In this document: positions 37,776 to 47,010 of the stretch, one piece after another
Numbering within the stretch: the first letter of the stretch is position 1
Layout of the letters: every line of letters starts with the position of its first letter
Assembly (NCBI GenBank): GCA_964009795.1
Contig: CAXGHQ010000007.1
Location: forward strand, 81,553-145,552
Source of the DNA: an uncultured Ponticaulis sp.
Lineage (GTDB): Bacteria > Pseudomonadota > Alphaproteobacteria > Caulobacterales > Hyphomonadaceae
Reading direction: 5' to 3'
Length of the DNA: 64,000 nt
Translations under genes and position numbers: made by a program
Notes under the pieces: model-generated
Databases searched by the model: none
What the model saw: the letters and a program-made list of their open reading frames with translations, nothing else
Told to the model about the DNA's origin: nothing

Positions 37776-40553
37776 ATGGACGACCTATTAAGTGAATTCC
37801 TTACCGAGACTTCAGAATCTCTGGAAGTTATTGATTCAGAACTGGTGCGCTTTGAAGCGGAACCGAACGATCAGGGGATTCTGAATAACGTATTCCGCCT
37901 GGTTCACACGATCAAAGGAACCTGCGGCTTCCTCGGACTGCCACGCCTCGAGGCTGTGGCCCATGCTGGTGAAACCCTGCTTGGCAAGTTCCGGGACGGC
38001 ACGATTGAGGTCACGCCACCGGCTGTGACGCTGGTTCTGGAATCGATCGACCAGATCAAAGTCCTTCTTGGACATCTTGAATCTCACGAAACTGAGCCCG
38101 AAGGCGATGACGCTGATCTGATCAAGCGTCTGGAGCGCGCTGCGGACGGTGAGCTTGAGAGTGCACCGGCCAAAGCTGAGGCCAAGCCTGCGCCGGCGGA
38201 AACCAAAACAGAAAGCAAAGCTGACGTCTCCGACAAAAAGGCACGTCCTGACGATCTGCCTGCAGATGCGCGCTGGGATGAAGATCTCGGCCGCGAACTT
38301 CGTCCTGGTGAAGTATCGCTTGCTGAGCTCGAAGCCGCCTTTGCGTCTGTTGAAGTTGATGACTTCTCCAATCCACCAGATGCGTCCGAAGCGGACGCAG
38401 AACAGGCCGAAGAGGTTGCACCTGAGCCGGTCGCAATGGATATGGACCAACCGGCCGAGCCGGGTGACCTGGCCGCGCTTCTGGAAGCTGGCGCGTCTGG
38501 CGATGCCGGACAGAAGTCTGACGGTCCGCGCGCATCCCAAAGCATTCGCGTCAATGTTGATGTGCTTGAACACCTTATGAATATGGTGTCTGAGCTCGTC
38601 CTCACGCGGAACCAGCTGCTTCAGATGGTTCGCGCTATGGAGGATTCGGAGTTCAAAACGCCGCTCCAGCGCCTGTCCAATGTCACGGGCGAGCTGCAGG
38701 AGGCGGTGATGAAGACCCGTATGCAGCCAATCGGCAATGCCTGGAAGAAAATTCCACGGATTGTTCGCGATACATCGAATGATCTTGGCAAGCAGATCAA
38801 ACTGGTCATGGAAGGTGATCAGACCGAGCTTGACCGTCAGGTCCTCGAGCTGATCCGCGATCCGCTGACCCACATGGTCCGCAACTCCTGCGATCACGGC
38901 ATTGAATTGCCGTCTGATCGGATGGCGATCGGCAAGCCGGAAGCGGGCACGATTGTTCTGCGCGCTTATCATGAAGGCGGCCACATCCACATCGAACTGC
39001 GCGACGATGGCGCTGGCCTGAAAACCGCGCGTATTCGCCAGAATGCAATCGATAAGGGTGTTGTATCGGCTGAAGAAGCCGCGAACATGACCGATGCTCA
39101 AGTGCACCGTCTGATCTTCGCTCCGGGCTTCTCTACCGCTGAAAAGGTGACAAACCTGTCCGGCCGCGGCGTTGGCATGGACGTTGTGAAAACCAATATC
39201 GAGCTGATCGGTGGCGCAGTTGATCTGACTTCCCGCGAAGGCGAGGGCACGACTTTTGTCATCAAAATTCCGCTGACACTCGCCATTGTTTCTGCGCTTA
39301 TCGTGGGATCCGGCGGCCAACGCTTCGCTGTGCCTCAGCTGTCGGTTGTTGAGCTGGTTCGCACCGGGTCAAACAACGAAAACCGCATCGAGAACATCAA
39401 CGGGACAAAGGTTCTGCGTCTGCGTGATCGCTTGCTGCCTGTGCTTCCACTGAACTCTGCGCTCAAGCTCGACAATGGGGATGACGAGAAAGCCAACCGC
39501 TTCGTCATCGTCATGCAGGTTGCATCGCAGAAATTCGGTCTGGTCGTCGACGAAGTCTTCGACACAGAGGAAATCGTGGTCAAGCCGATCTCGAGCCTCT
39601 TGCGCGATGTCACCGAATATTCGGGTTCCACCATTCTTGGCGACGGGTCTGTCATCATGATCCTGGACCCGAACGGAATTGCGCGTCTCGCGGCGTTCGA
39701 TACGTCGAAAACCTCCAATCAGAACATTGTCGAGGAGACGAAGAAGTTGCGCGATCAGGGCGATCAGAAAACCAGCCTGCTGGTCTTCTCGGCTGGTACA
39801 AAAGAGCCAAAAGCCTGCCCATTGTCACTTGTGACGCGTCTCGAAGAGATCGAAGCCGACCGGTTCGAAATGACCAACCGTGGACCGGTTGTTCAGTATC
39901 GTGGCCAGCTCATGCCGGTCATCCAGATGTCGGGTGGTCTCAACATCAATGAGAATGGCCGTCAGCCCGTGCTTGTCGTGAATAATGGTGACAGTGTCGT
40001 TGGTATCGGTGTCGACCAGGTGCTCGATATCACTGAAGATGTGCTGAAGGTCTCAATCGGCGACGAAACACCGGGTATTCTCGGAACGGCCGTCATTGGC
40101 GGCAAGGCAACCGAAGTGATCGACATTGGTCACTTCCTGGCTCAGGCTGACTTTGACTGGGCATCTGCTGTTGCTGAGAAGCGCTCCGCGCCGAAATCGC
40201 TCCTGTTGTTCGAAAGCCACGCCTTCTTCCGCAACATGCTTGCGCCGATCCTTCAGGCCAGTGGCTATAAAGTCACCACCGTTGGATCTGTTGAAGAGGC
40301 CATCGCCGCAGACATCGACCCGACACATTACGATCTGGTTCTGTCTGACGTCGACAATGACGAAGAAGCTCGCCGCTTCCTCGATCAGCTCTCGACCGAC
40401 GACAAATGGCGAGATGTCCCGCGCATCGCGCTGTCCAACAGTGAAGATGCACTCATCACCCCAGACTTTGCCGGCTGTGTCCGCAAGTCTGACCGCCACG
40501 GCCTTCTCGCCGTTATCGACCAAACCGCAAGCCTTAAAGGACGTGCAGCATGA
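37776..40553 (+). CDS. cheA: Chemotaxis kinase CheA with two CheW domains and a C-terminal receiver
   Basis: Hpt VHTIKG, HMVRNSCDHG, GRGVGMDVV, tandem CheW domains, REC. Confidence 0.95.
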   Translation: MDDLLSEFLTETSESLEVIDSELVRFEAEPNDQGILNNVFRLVHTIKGTCGFLGLPRLEAVAHAGETLLGKFRDGTIEVTPPAVTLVLESIDQIKVLLGHLESHETEPEGDDADLIKRLERAADGELESAPAKAEAKPAPAETKTESKADVSDKKARPDDLPADARWDEDLGRELRPGEVSLAELEAAFASVEVDDFSNPPDASEADAEQAEEVAPEPVAMDMDQPAEPGDLAALLEAGASGDAGQKSDGPRASQSIRVNVDVLEHLMNMVSELVLTRNQLLQMVRAMEDSEFKTPLQRLSNVTGELQEAVMKTRMQPIGNAWKKIPRIVRDTSNDLGKQIKLVMEGDQTELDRQVLELIRDPLTHMVRNSCDHGIELPSDRMAIGKPEAGTIVLRAYHEGGHIHIELRDDGAGLKTARIRQNAIDKGVVSAEEAANMTDAQVHRLIFAPGFSTAEKVTNLSGRGVGMDVVKTNIELIGGAVDLTSREGEGTTFVIKIPLTLAIVSALIVGSGGQRFAVPQLSVVELVRTGSNNENRIENINGTKVLRLRDRLLPVLPLNSALKLDNGDDEKANRFVIVMQVASQKFGLVVDEVFDTEEIVVKPISSLLRDVTEYSGSTILGDGSVIMILDPNGIARLAAFDTSKTSNQNIVEETKKLRDQGDQKTSLLVFSAGTKEPKACPLSLVTRLEEIEADRFEMTNRGPVVQYRGQLMPVIQMSGGLNINENGRQPVLVVNNGDSVVGIGVDQVLDITEDVLKVSIGDETPGILGTAVIGGKATEVIDIGHFLAQADFDWASAVAEKRSAPKSLLLFESHAFFRNMLAPILQASGYKVTTVGSVEEAIAADIDPTHYDLVLSDVDNDEEARRFLDQLSTDDKWRDVPRIALSNSEDALITPDFAGCVRKSDRHGLLAVIDQTASLKGRAA

Positions 40554-41011
40554 GCAGCCAAGAATACATTACGCTCTGGATTGGTGGACAACTTTTCGGT
40601 GCTTCCGTCGCCCGTATCCACGACGTCTTCGCACCCACCTCAATCACGCCAGTTCCGCTGGCCCCGCGCGAAGTCGCTGGCCTTCTGAACCTTCGCGGCC
40701 GCATCGTCACGGCGATCGACGCCCGCTCACGCCTCGGCCTCGAGCCGCGTGATCCGGACGCCTCCATCATGGCGATCGGGATTGAGAAGGGGAATGAAAG
40801 CTTCGGTCTGATCATTGATGAAGTCGGCGAAGTTCTGTCGCTTCAGAGCGAAGACCGCGAAGATGTTCCGAACAATCTCGACCCGGTCTGGGGGCAGATT
40901 GCATCAGGTGTCTACCGTCTGGAGGATCGCCTGCTTGTCGTGATGGACATTGATAAAATCCTGACTTTTGAAGCTGAGACCGAAATCGATCGCAGCCCGA
41001 AAGCCGCCTGA
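40550..41011 (+). CDS. cheW: CheW
   Basis: GLLNLRGRIVTAID motif. Confidence 0.95.
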   Translation: MSSQEYITLWIGGQLFGASVARIHDVFAPTSITPVPLAPREVAGLLNLRGRIVTAIDARSRLGLEPRDPDASIMAIGIEKGNESFGLIIDEVGEVLSLQSEDREDVPNNLDPVWGQIASGVYRLEDRLLVVMDIDKILTFEAETEIDRSPKAA

Positions 41012-41034
41012 TCTCTTTTTGCTGGGAGAGGAAA

Positions 41035-41400
41035 ATGAAGCGCTGTCTGATTGTTGATGACTCTCGTGTGGTCCGTAAGGTCGCACGTCGGATCATCGAA
41101 GATCTTGAATTTTCGACTGATGAAGCTGCAGACGGGTCTGAAGCCCTGAATGCATGCCGGAACAATATGCCGGATGCTGTTCTGCTCGACTGGAATATGC
41201 CCGTCATGAACGGCATTGACTTCCTGCGGGCGCTGCGCCGCGAGCCAGGCGGTGAAGCCCCGATCGTGGTGTTCTGCACAACGGAAAACGACATGGACCA
41301 TATCGCCGAAGCGATCCGGTCGGGTGCCAATGAATACATCATGAAGCCTTTCGACTCTGAAATCATCCAGTCGAAATTCCAAGAAGTCGGCCTCGTCTGA
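41035..41400 (+). CDS. cheY: CheY-like single-domain response regulator
   Basis: VDDS, LLDWNMP, YIMKPF; position in the che operon. Confidence 0.9.
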   Translation: MKRCLIVDDSRVVRKVARRIIEDLEFSTDEAADGSEALNACRNNMPDAVLLDWNMPVMNGIDFLRALRREPGGEAPIVVFCTTENDMDHIAEAIRSGANEYIMKPFDSEIIQSKFQEVGLV

Positions 41401-41415
41401 TCTGAAAGTCCTGTT

Positions 41416-42558
41416 ATGTCAGTAGTTCAATCCCCTCGGGCGCAGAACCGCGCCGCAATCCGTGTACAGCTTATCGATGACAGCGCAGTTGTACGTGGTC
41501 TGACCCGCCGCTGGCTGACGGGATTGGATGATATCGAGCTGATCGTCGTCAGCGCCGATGGCATGCAGGGCGTTGCGGACGCGATCAAGCACAAGCCTGA
41601 CATCATTATCCTCGACGTGGAAATGCCACGGATGGATGGTCTGGAAGCGCTGCCGCATTTGCGGCGTGCGGCTCCCAAGGCCAAGATCATCATGGCCTCG
41701 ACCCTGACGCATAAGGGCGCGAACGTCACCATTCAGGCGCTGTCAAAAGGCGCGACTGACTATCTTCCCAAGCCTGATTCAAGCCAGCTCGGCGGCGCCG
41801 ATGCCTATCGCGACGCGCTGATCGGCAAGGTGCGTGTACTGGGACGCGCAGATGAGGCCGCACGGCCAAGCCCCGCGCCGATTCCGCTCCGCCCGCAATC
41901 CTTTCAGCCAAATCAGGCACCGCGTCCGGCCATTCAGATTCCGTCCAAGCCTGAGCTACGCAAGCCGCCGCTGCGCTGGACCCGTCCGAACGCAATCGTC
42001 GTCGCCAGCTCAACCGGCGGGCCACAGGCACTCCAGGCTCTGCTGCCTGAGCTCTGTCGCAAGACGGATCTGCCGATTCTCGTCGTGCAGCATATGCCGC
42101 CAACCTTTACCAGCATTCTGGCCGACCATCTGAACGCCACCTGCAGCCATACGGTGAAAGAGGGCGAAAAGAACGAGCCGGTTCAGAGCAAGCACATCTA
42201 TATCGCGCCGGGCGGGTTCCACATGACGGTGGACGGACAGGGCGCAAGCCGCAAGATTGGCCTCAATGAAGATCCGCAGGTGAATTTCTGTCGTCCGGCG
42301 GCAGATGTTCTCTTCAACTCGGCTGCGCGCACATACGGCGCTGCACTGACGGCAGTTGTATTGACCGGAATGGGTGCTGACGGCTGTCAGGGGGTCGCGA
42401 CCATTGTGGATCAGGGCGGGCGATCCTTCGTCCAGGATCAGGAAACCAGCGTTGTCTGGGGTATGCCAGGAGCGGTATTCAACTCAGGCCTCGCACATTC
42501 CATTCATCCGCTAAAAGAAATTGCTGAAGCCGTCGGCAAATCACTTCATGGAGTATAG
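41416..42558 (+). CDS. cheB: Chemotaxis methylesterase CheB
   Basis: REC domain plus ASSTGG, VQHM, TGMGADG catalytic triad. Confidence 0.95.
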   Translation: MSVVQSPRAQNRAAIRVQLIDDSAVVRGLTRRWLTGLDDIELIVVSADGMQGVADAIKHKPDIIILDVEMPRMDGLEALPHLRRAAPKAKIIMASTLTHKGANVTIQALSKGATDYLPKPDSSQLGGADAYRDALIGKVRVLGRADEAARPSPAPIPLRPQSFQPNQAPRPAIQIPSKPELRKPPLRWTRPNAIVVASSTGGPQALQALLPELCRKTDLPILVVQHMPPTFTSILADHLNATCSHTVKEGEKNEPVQSKHIYIAPGGFHMTVDGQGASRKIGLNEDPQVNFCRPAADVLFNSAARTYGAALTAVVLTGMGADGCQGVATIVDQGGRSFVQDQETSVVWGMPGAVFNSGLAHSIHPLKEIAEAVGKSLHGV

Positions 42559-42560
42559 TC

Positions 42561-43412
42561 ATGAACCAATCTGATTTTGACTTTGTGACATCTGAATTGA
42601 AGCGCCGCTCCGGTATCGTGATCGGCCCGGACAAAATGTATCTTCTGGAAAGCCGTCTGTCGCCAATCGCGCGGAAAGAAGGGCTGGACAGCATTGACGA
42701 GCTCATCGGCATGGTGCGCCGTCGTCGCGACGAAGCCATGATGAAGACCATTGTCGACGCGATGACGACCAATGAAACCTTTTTCTATCGCGACAAGACA
42801 CCGTTTGATCATCTCGAGCAGACCATCCTGCCTGCACTGAAGGACTCTCGCCCCGGGCAACGCCTGCGTATTCTCTGCGCGGCCTGTTCGACCGGTCAGG
42901 AGCCTTATTCCATCGCCATGATGCTCGACCAGCGTCCCGAACTCACTGGCGGCCTGCCGGTTGAGATCGTCGCGGTCGACATCTCCGATCGTGTGCTCGA
43001 AAAAGCGCGCGCAGGCGTTTACAGCCAGTTTGAAGTTCAGCGCGGTCTGCCGATCCGCCAGCTGATGACCTATTTCACGCAACAGGGTGATGTCTGGAAA
43101 TTGTCAGACACCATCCGCTCGCGCGTCGCCTTCCGCAATGTGAACTTGCTGGATCCTCTGACAGGCCTCGGCAAATTTGATGTTGTGTTCTGCCGTAACG
43201 TTCTGATCTATTTTGACCTAGAGACCAAGCGCGACATCCTCAAACGGGTTTCGGCTCAGATGAATGAGAAAAGTTTCCTGCTTCTGGGAGCTGCTGAAAC
43301 GGTTGTCGGCGTTGTCGATTGTTTCTCACCGAACAAATCGGCCCGTGGTCTTTACGAAAAGAGCTCTGGCCAGCGTCCAGGAACATCTGCGTCCGGCATC
43401 CGCGCGGCGTAA
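42561..43412 (+). CDS. cheR: Chemotaxis methyltransferase CheR
   Basis: TTNETFFYRD, ACSTGQEPYSIA, FCRNVLIYF. Confidence 0.96.
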   Translation: MNQSDFDFVTSELKRRSGIVIGPDKMYLLESRLSPIARKEGLDSIDELIGMVRRRRDEAMMKTIVDAMTTNETFFYRDKTPFDHLEQTILPALKDSRPGQRLRILCAACSTGQEPYSIAMMLDQRPELTGGLPVEIVAVDISDRVLEKARAGVYSQFEVQRGLPIRQLMTYFTQQGDVWKLSDTIRSRVAFRNVNLLDPLTGLGKFDVVFCRNVLIYFDLETKRDILKRVSAQMNEKSFLLLGAAETVVGVVDCFSPNKSARGLYEKSSGQRPGTSASGIRAA

Positions 43413-43535
43413 ACGTCTAGGCCACAGTAGAAGCTCGCGAACCTACTGTAAAGGATGGAGCGGAGCAGTGTCGCTCACTTTGAGGTCCTAGACTGCGTCG
43501 CGTGCGTAAAACTTCGCGAAAAAGCGGTGTGTACA

Positions 43536-43931
43536 CTAAGTAGTTTGTCGGAATACAAAAAATTTAGATCCCGCGAAATTAAAAAACATTCCGATTCCTG
43601 AGGCAAGGGCAAAGGCGATCAAAGAATTGGTTGGCGTATCAACCATGAAACTCAAAACGACAGCAAAACAAATAAAGTTCGCTGTTGCTCCGACGAGTTG
43701 AGAGGCCAGATATTTAAAAAACTGTTTGATAATGTTGGTACGTATTTCACTCTTGAAAGTCCATATTCTATTCAGAGTGAAAGTGGAAATTAGTGCTAAC
43801 GGGAACGAAAAAGAGCGCGCTAAGACCGGATCAAAACCTGCCGAAGTCAAACAATACAATAGTCCTCCATCAACAACGAAACCAACACCGCCGACAACGC
43901 TAAACCGAATAACCTGCGCAGCTATCTTCAT
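43536..43931 (-). CDS. GtrA-family flippase
   Basis: 4 TMs; RFSVVG, NRIWTF, NFAGSKFFVF pattern. Confidence 0.88.
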   Translation of the reverse strand: MKIAAQVIRFSVVGGVGFVVDGGLLYCLTSAGFDPVLARSFSFPLALISTFTLNRIWTFKSEIRTNIIKQFFKYLASQLVGATANFICFAVVLSFMVDTPTNSLIAFALASGIGMFFNFAGSKFFVFRQTT

Positions 43932-43932
43932 G

Positions 43933-44925
43933 TCAGCTAGGGGCCTTAAAGCTTAGATAAGCCAACTTTCTGACCTCATGCCGTCCTCGATGTATAAGGT
44001 CTAGAATTAGTCCGGTGAAACTGGCGAAAACCGCCAATAGTCCGATGAATCCGCTCAAGATAAATGTCGGTAGCCGTCTCACCAGGCCGGTCTCGAAATA
44101 TTCCAGAATGACGGGAACGGATAAAGCTACTGAAAGAACAAACAAACAAAGACCAATCATCGAAAAAAAGAAAAACGGACGTTCGCGACGGACAAGTTGC
44201 ACAATGGTCAAAAGAATTCGGAAGCCATCTCGAAACGTATTGAGTTTACTGACCGAATTCGGGGGGCGTTCTTTGTATTTTGTCTGAATTTCTGAAATCG
44301 GCATGCCGAGTTCCAGGGCGTGTACCATCAATTCAGTCTCGATTTCGAAGCCCGTGGAGGAGGCCGGAAATGATTTGATAAAACGCCGAGATAACGCCTT
44401 ATATCCCGAAAGCATATCGTCGACTTGGCGTCCGAAAATCCAAGCAACAACCCCGGTGAGCATTTTATTCCCGAACTCGTGTCCAGGTCTGTAAGCTTCC
44501 GTTGATTCATGGATGCGTGCGCCGTTTACATAGTCAAATGGCCCGTCCACACAACGTTGAATGAGCTCTGTGGCGGCGGAAGCGTCATACGTAGCATCGC
44601 CATCAACCATCAATATGATTTCGGCGTCTACATCTGCAAAAGCTCGCCGTATTGCGAAACCTTTTCCCTGCCGTCGCTCATGACGTACGATTGCACCGCA
44701 GTTTGACGCAATTTCGGATGTCCTGTCTGACGAATTGTTGTCGAACACATATATCTTCGCCTCTGGTAATACCTGTCGAAAGTCTTGGACAACACTTTCT
44801 ATCGTAAGTTCTTCATTATAGCATGGCACAATCACAGCAACGTTTGCGCCATTGGCAAAACGATTTCCTGCTTTTACGAGTTCGGAACTCTCTGGTTTGC
44901 TCTCTTGCAATGTCTCATAACTCAT
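43933..44925 (-). CDS. GtrB-like GT2 polyprenol-phosphate glycosyltransferase
   Basis: VIVPCYNEE, DNNSSD, DGDATYD, two C-terminal TMs; start placed at MSYET. Confidence 0.9.
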   Translation of the reverse strand: MSYETLQESKPESSELVKAGNRFANGANVAVIVPCYNEELTIESVVQDFRQVLPEAKIYVFDNNSSDRTSEIASNCGAIVRHERRQGKGFAIRRAFADVDAEIILMVDGDATYDASAATELIQRCVDGPFDYVNGARIHESTEAYRPGHEFGNKMLTGVVAWIFGRQVDDMLSGYKALSRRFIKSFPASSTGFEIETELMVHALELGMPISEIQTKYKERPPNSVSKLNTFRDGFRILLTIVQLVRRERPFFFFSMIGLCLFVLSVALSVPVILEYFETGLVRRLPTFILSGFIGLLAVFASFTGLILDLIHRGRHEVRKLAYLSFKAPS

Positions 44926-44960
44926 CGCTGTTGTGTCCCATAGTTTTTCCGAACGTCGCA

Positions 44961-46640
44961 CTAGTTTAGTTTCTGTTCGTCGATTGGTATATCATTATAC
45001 CCTAGATAGTTTGTTGTGTTGCAGTTTTGCTGAACCCCGCTGCCGGACGTGTGGATCCTTAGCAAGACGGGTTTAGTGACAACTTGCTTTGGACTAGTGC
45101 CCACATGCAATTTTGTTTCGAGAGCGGGCCATTGCTCGAGTGCGGATTCGATTGGAATTACTTCAGAGCTCAGTGTTCGTCCGTCGGCGAAAGTCAGGCC
45201 GTCTAATTGGCGTTCGTAATAGGCCTCTGGTTCTGACTGGAATTGTGTTGGATAGGAAAAAGCGAGCGCTGACCAAGCGGCGCGAGTGCTGCCGAAAAGT
45301 AATTGGCATCCATTATTTAGTGGCTCGGTAATCGACTGGTTGAAATAGGTATCCGCAGATCCGAGCCAATAAGGCTCGCTCACCCCTTGGCGAGTTGTAG
45401 GTATCAGAACGTTTCTGTAAGACCAGTGAGAAACAACTGAAATAACCAAAAGTGCTATCGTCAAAATACTGAGATATTCTTTTCGTTCACCAAATTTACG
45501 AAGTATAGATGGAAATTTTACATTGTTCGTTATTAGGCCGATCGCTCCGCCAATTACCAATATAGATATGGGCAGAAGTGGCCAGAGATAACGGTCATTC
45601 AGCGGTTGTCCAAGTACTAACGGAGATAGCGAAATGATAAAAAAAGTGTTCACTAATGCGAAGGACAGTCCAATATAGATACAAAATTCAATTGCCCTAA
45701 ATCGAGATTTTTCACTCTCGGAATATTCTGGCAACAAAGAGTTTACTTTGAAAATTTTTGACGAAAATAAAAGTAAAAAACTGCAAACAAAAAAGGCGAA
45801 GTAGGCAATTTTTGACAAATATTCAGTAAGATTTAAAAGCCACCATCTTCGAGCGATGTCAATATATTCGTAATTGTTATAGATGGTCTCCATTCCGGTA
45901 ATGTGTCCGCCTTGAACTATCGCTTGTGGTCTGCCGAACAGAATATGGGATGAAGATAAAATCGCATTCGTGGATATCGTTTCCACGGCAAAAAGAAAAA
46001 GTGTTCCGACGACAGCGATAGTCAATTCTTTCCATCTTTGCCTGAATAATTCTAACAACCCGAGACCAAAATAGAAAAATACGTTTGTTTCTTTTATGCC
46101 GTAGACCACGAATAGGCACAAAATCGCCGCAAAGTAGTAAGTTAAATTGGCGGTCATTTCGTATTTGCAGATTAGTGCAATGACGATAAGAAGCCCGAGG
46201 CAGGTATAAAGGGAAGGCATAAAGGCCGGTGCCATAAAATAGCTTGTTGGATTCAGAATCCAGAAAGCTGCAGCCAGAATGGAAATTGGTGCGCCTGACA
46301 CAAAGCGGGTTAGTACTGCTAACAAAGATCCCGACAGTGAGAAGACAAGATAATTTAAGACTAAATAAGACGCCGCTGACGAACCGAAAAGGAATACCCA
46401 GACCGTTGCCGGGAAGTTCATTCCCCATCTTAAATTGTGATGGTTCGCATCGAAGTCTGGCAACCGGAATTCTGCCCAGTACGATATTGGAATCCACTTA
46501 TGTTCGACATCGCCGTTTTCATTGATTGTTTCTGAGCCAACAACAGCTGCCAAGAAACACGCCAAGAAAACAAACGCAGCCAGAACAAGTCCGGAGCGAT
46601 CAAAAAGCTTCACCATGTTTTTGCTGACCACCCCACCCAT
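44961..46640 (-). CDS. GtrC-like polytopic GT-C glycosyltransferase
   Basis: About 12 TMs, acidic residues and HH.LR.G..FP in the first loop, AT-rich, directly upstream of gtrB/gtrA. Confidence 0.62.
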   Translation of the reverse strand: MGGVVSKNMVKLFDRSGLVLAAFVFLACFLAAVVGSETINENGDVEHKWIPISYWAEFRLPDFDANHHNLRWGMNFPATVWVFLFGSSAASYLVLNYLVFSLSGSLLAVLTRFVSGAPISILAAAFWILNPTSYFMAPAFMPSLYTCLGLLIVIALICKYEMTANLTYYFAAILCLFVVYGIKETNVFFYFGLGLLELFRQRWKELTIAVVGTLFLFAVETISTNAILSSSHILFGRPQAIVQGGHITGMETIYNNYEYIDIARRWWLLNLTEYLSKIAYFAFFVCSFLLLFSSKIFKVNSLLPEYSESEKSRFRAIEFCIYIGLSFALVNTFFIISLSPLVLGQPLNDRYLWPLLPISILVIGGAIGLITNNVKFPSILRKFGERKEYLSILTIALLVISVVSHWSYRNVLIPTTRQGVSEPYWLGSADTYFNQSITEPLNNGCQLLFGSTRAAWSALAFSYPTQFQSEPEAYYERQLDGLTFADGRTLSSEVIPIESALEQWPALETKLHVGTSPKQVVTKPVLLRIHTSGSGVQQNCNTTNYLGYNDIPIDEQKLN

Positions 46641-47010
46641 TGCAGCAATTAATCTAGCTCATAAATGAGTGCAAATTATATTTTTGCAACTTTGTCAAAC
46701 TCTAGCGAGAAAGCGCTAGCTGAAGGCAACAAACTGCGCGCTATCGAGGCGGGATTGATTTGTATTCGCGCTCAATTCAGGCGCTTGAATAGCTCGAAAC
46801 GCTTTATTATCAAAGCAGTTTCCAGCTAGCAGGCGACTATCCAGGCATTCGAAGCGACTTTGGAATGGATTCTGTGAAAGAGCCTGCTGGTTGACTTAAC
46901 TTCTCAGCAAGGTTGCTGAAGAGACAATGATTCTCATAACTGTCTCATCAATTAAAATTCCCGAAATCGGCGAGTGATGATACACTGCCGCCGGTTGTGG
47001 GAGGTGGTGT

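Noticed and set aside
37836-39320. 494-aa minus-strand ORF
   Set aside because: Antisense shadow of cheA, as is common in GC-rich coding DNA.
43416-43492. 7-bp inverted repeat gtctagg/cctagac at the left edge of the gtr block
   Set aside because: Too short to call an IS end; no transposase and no matching right-hand boundary.
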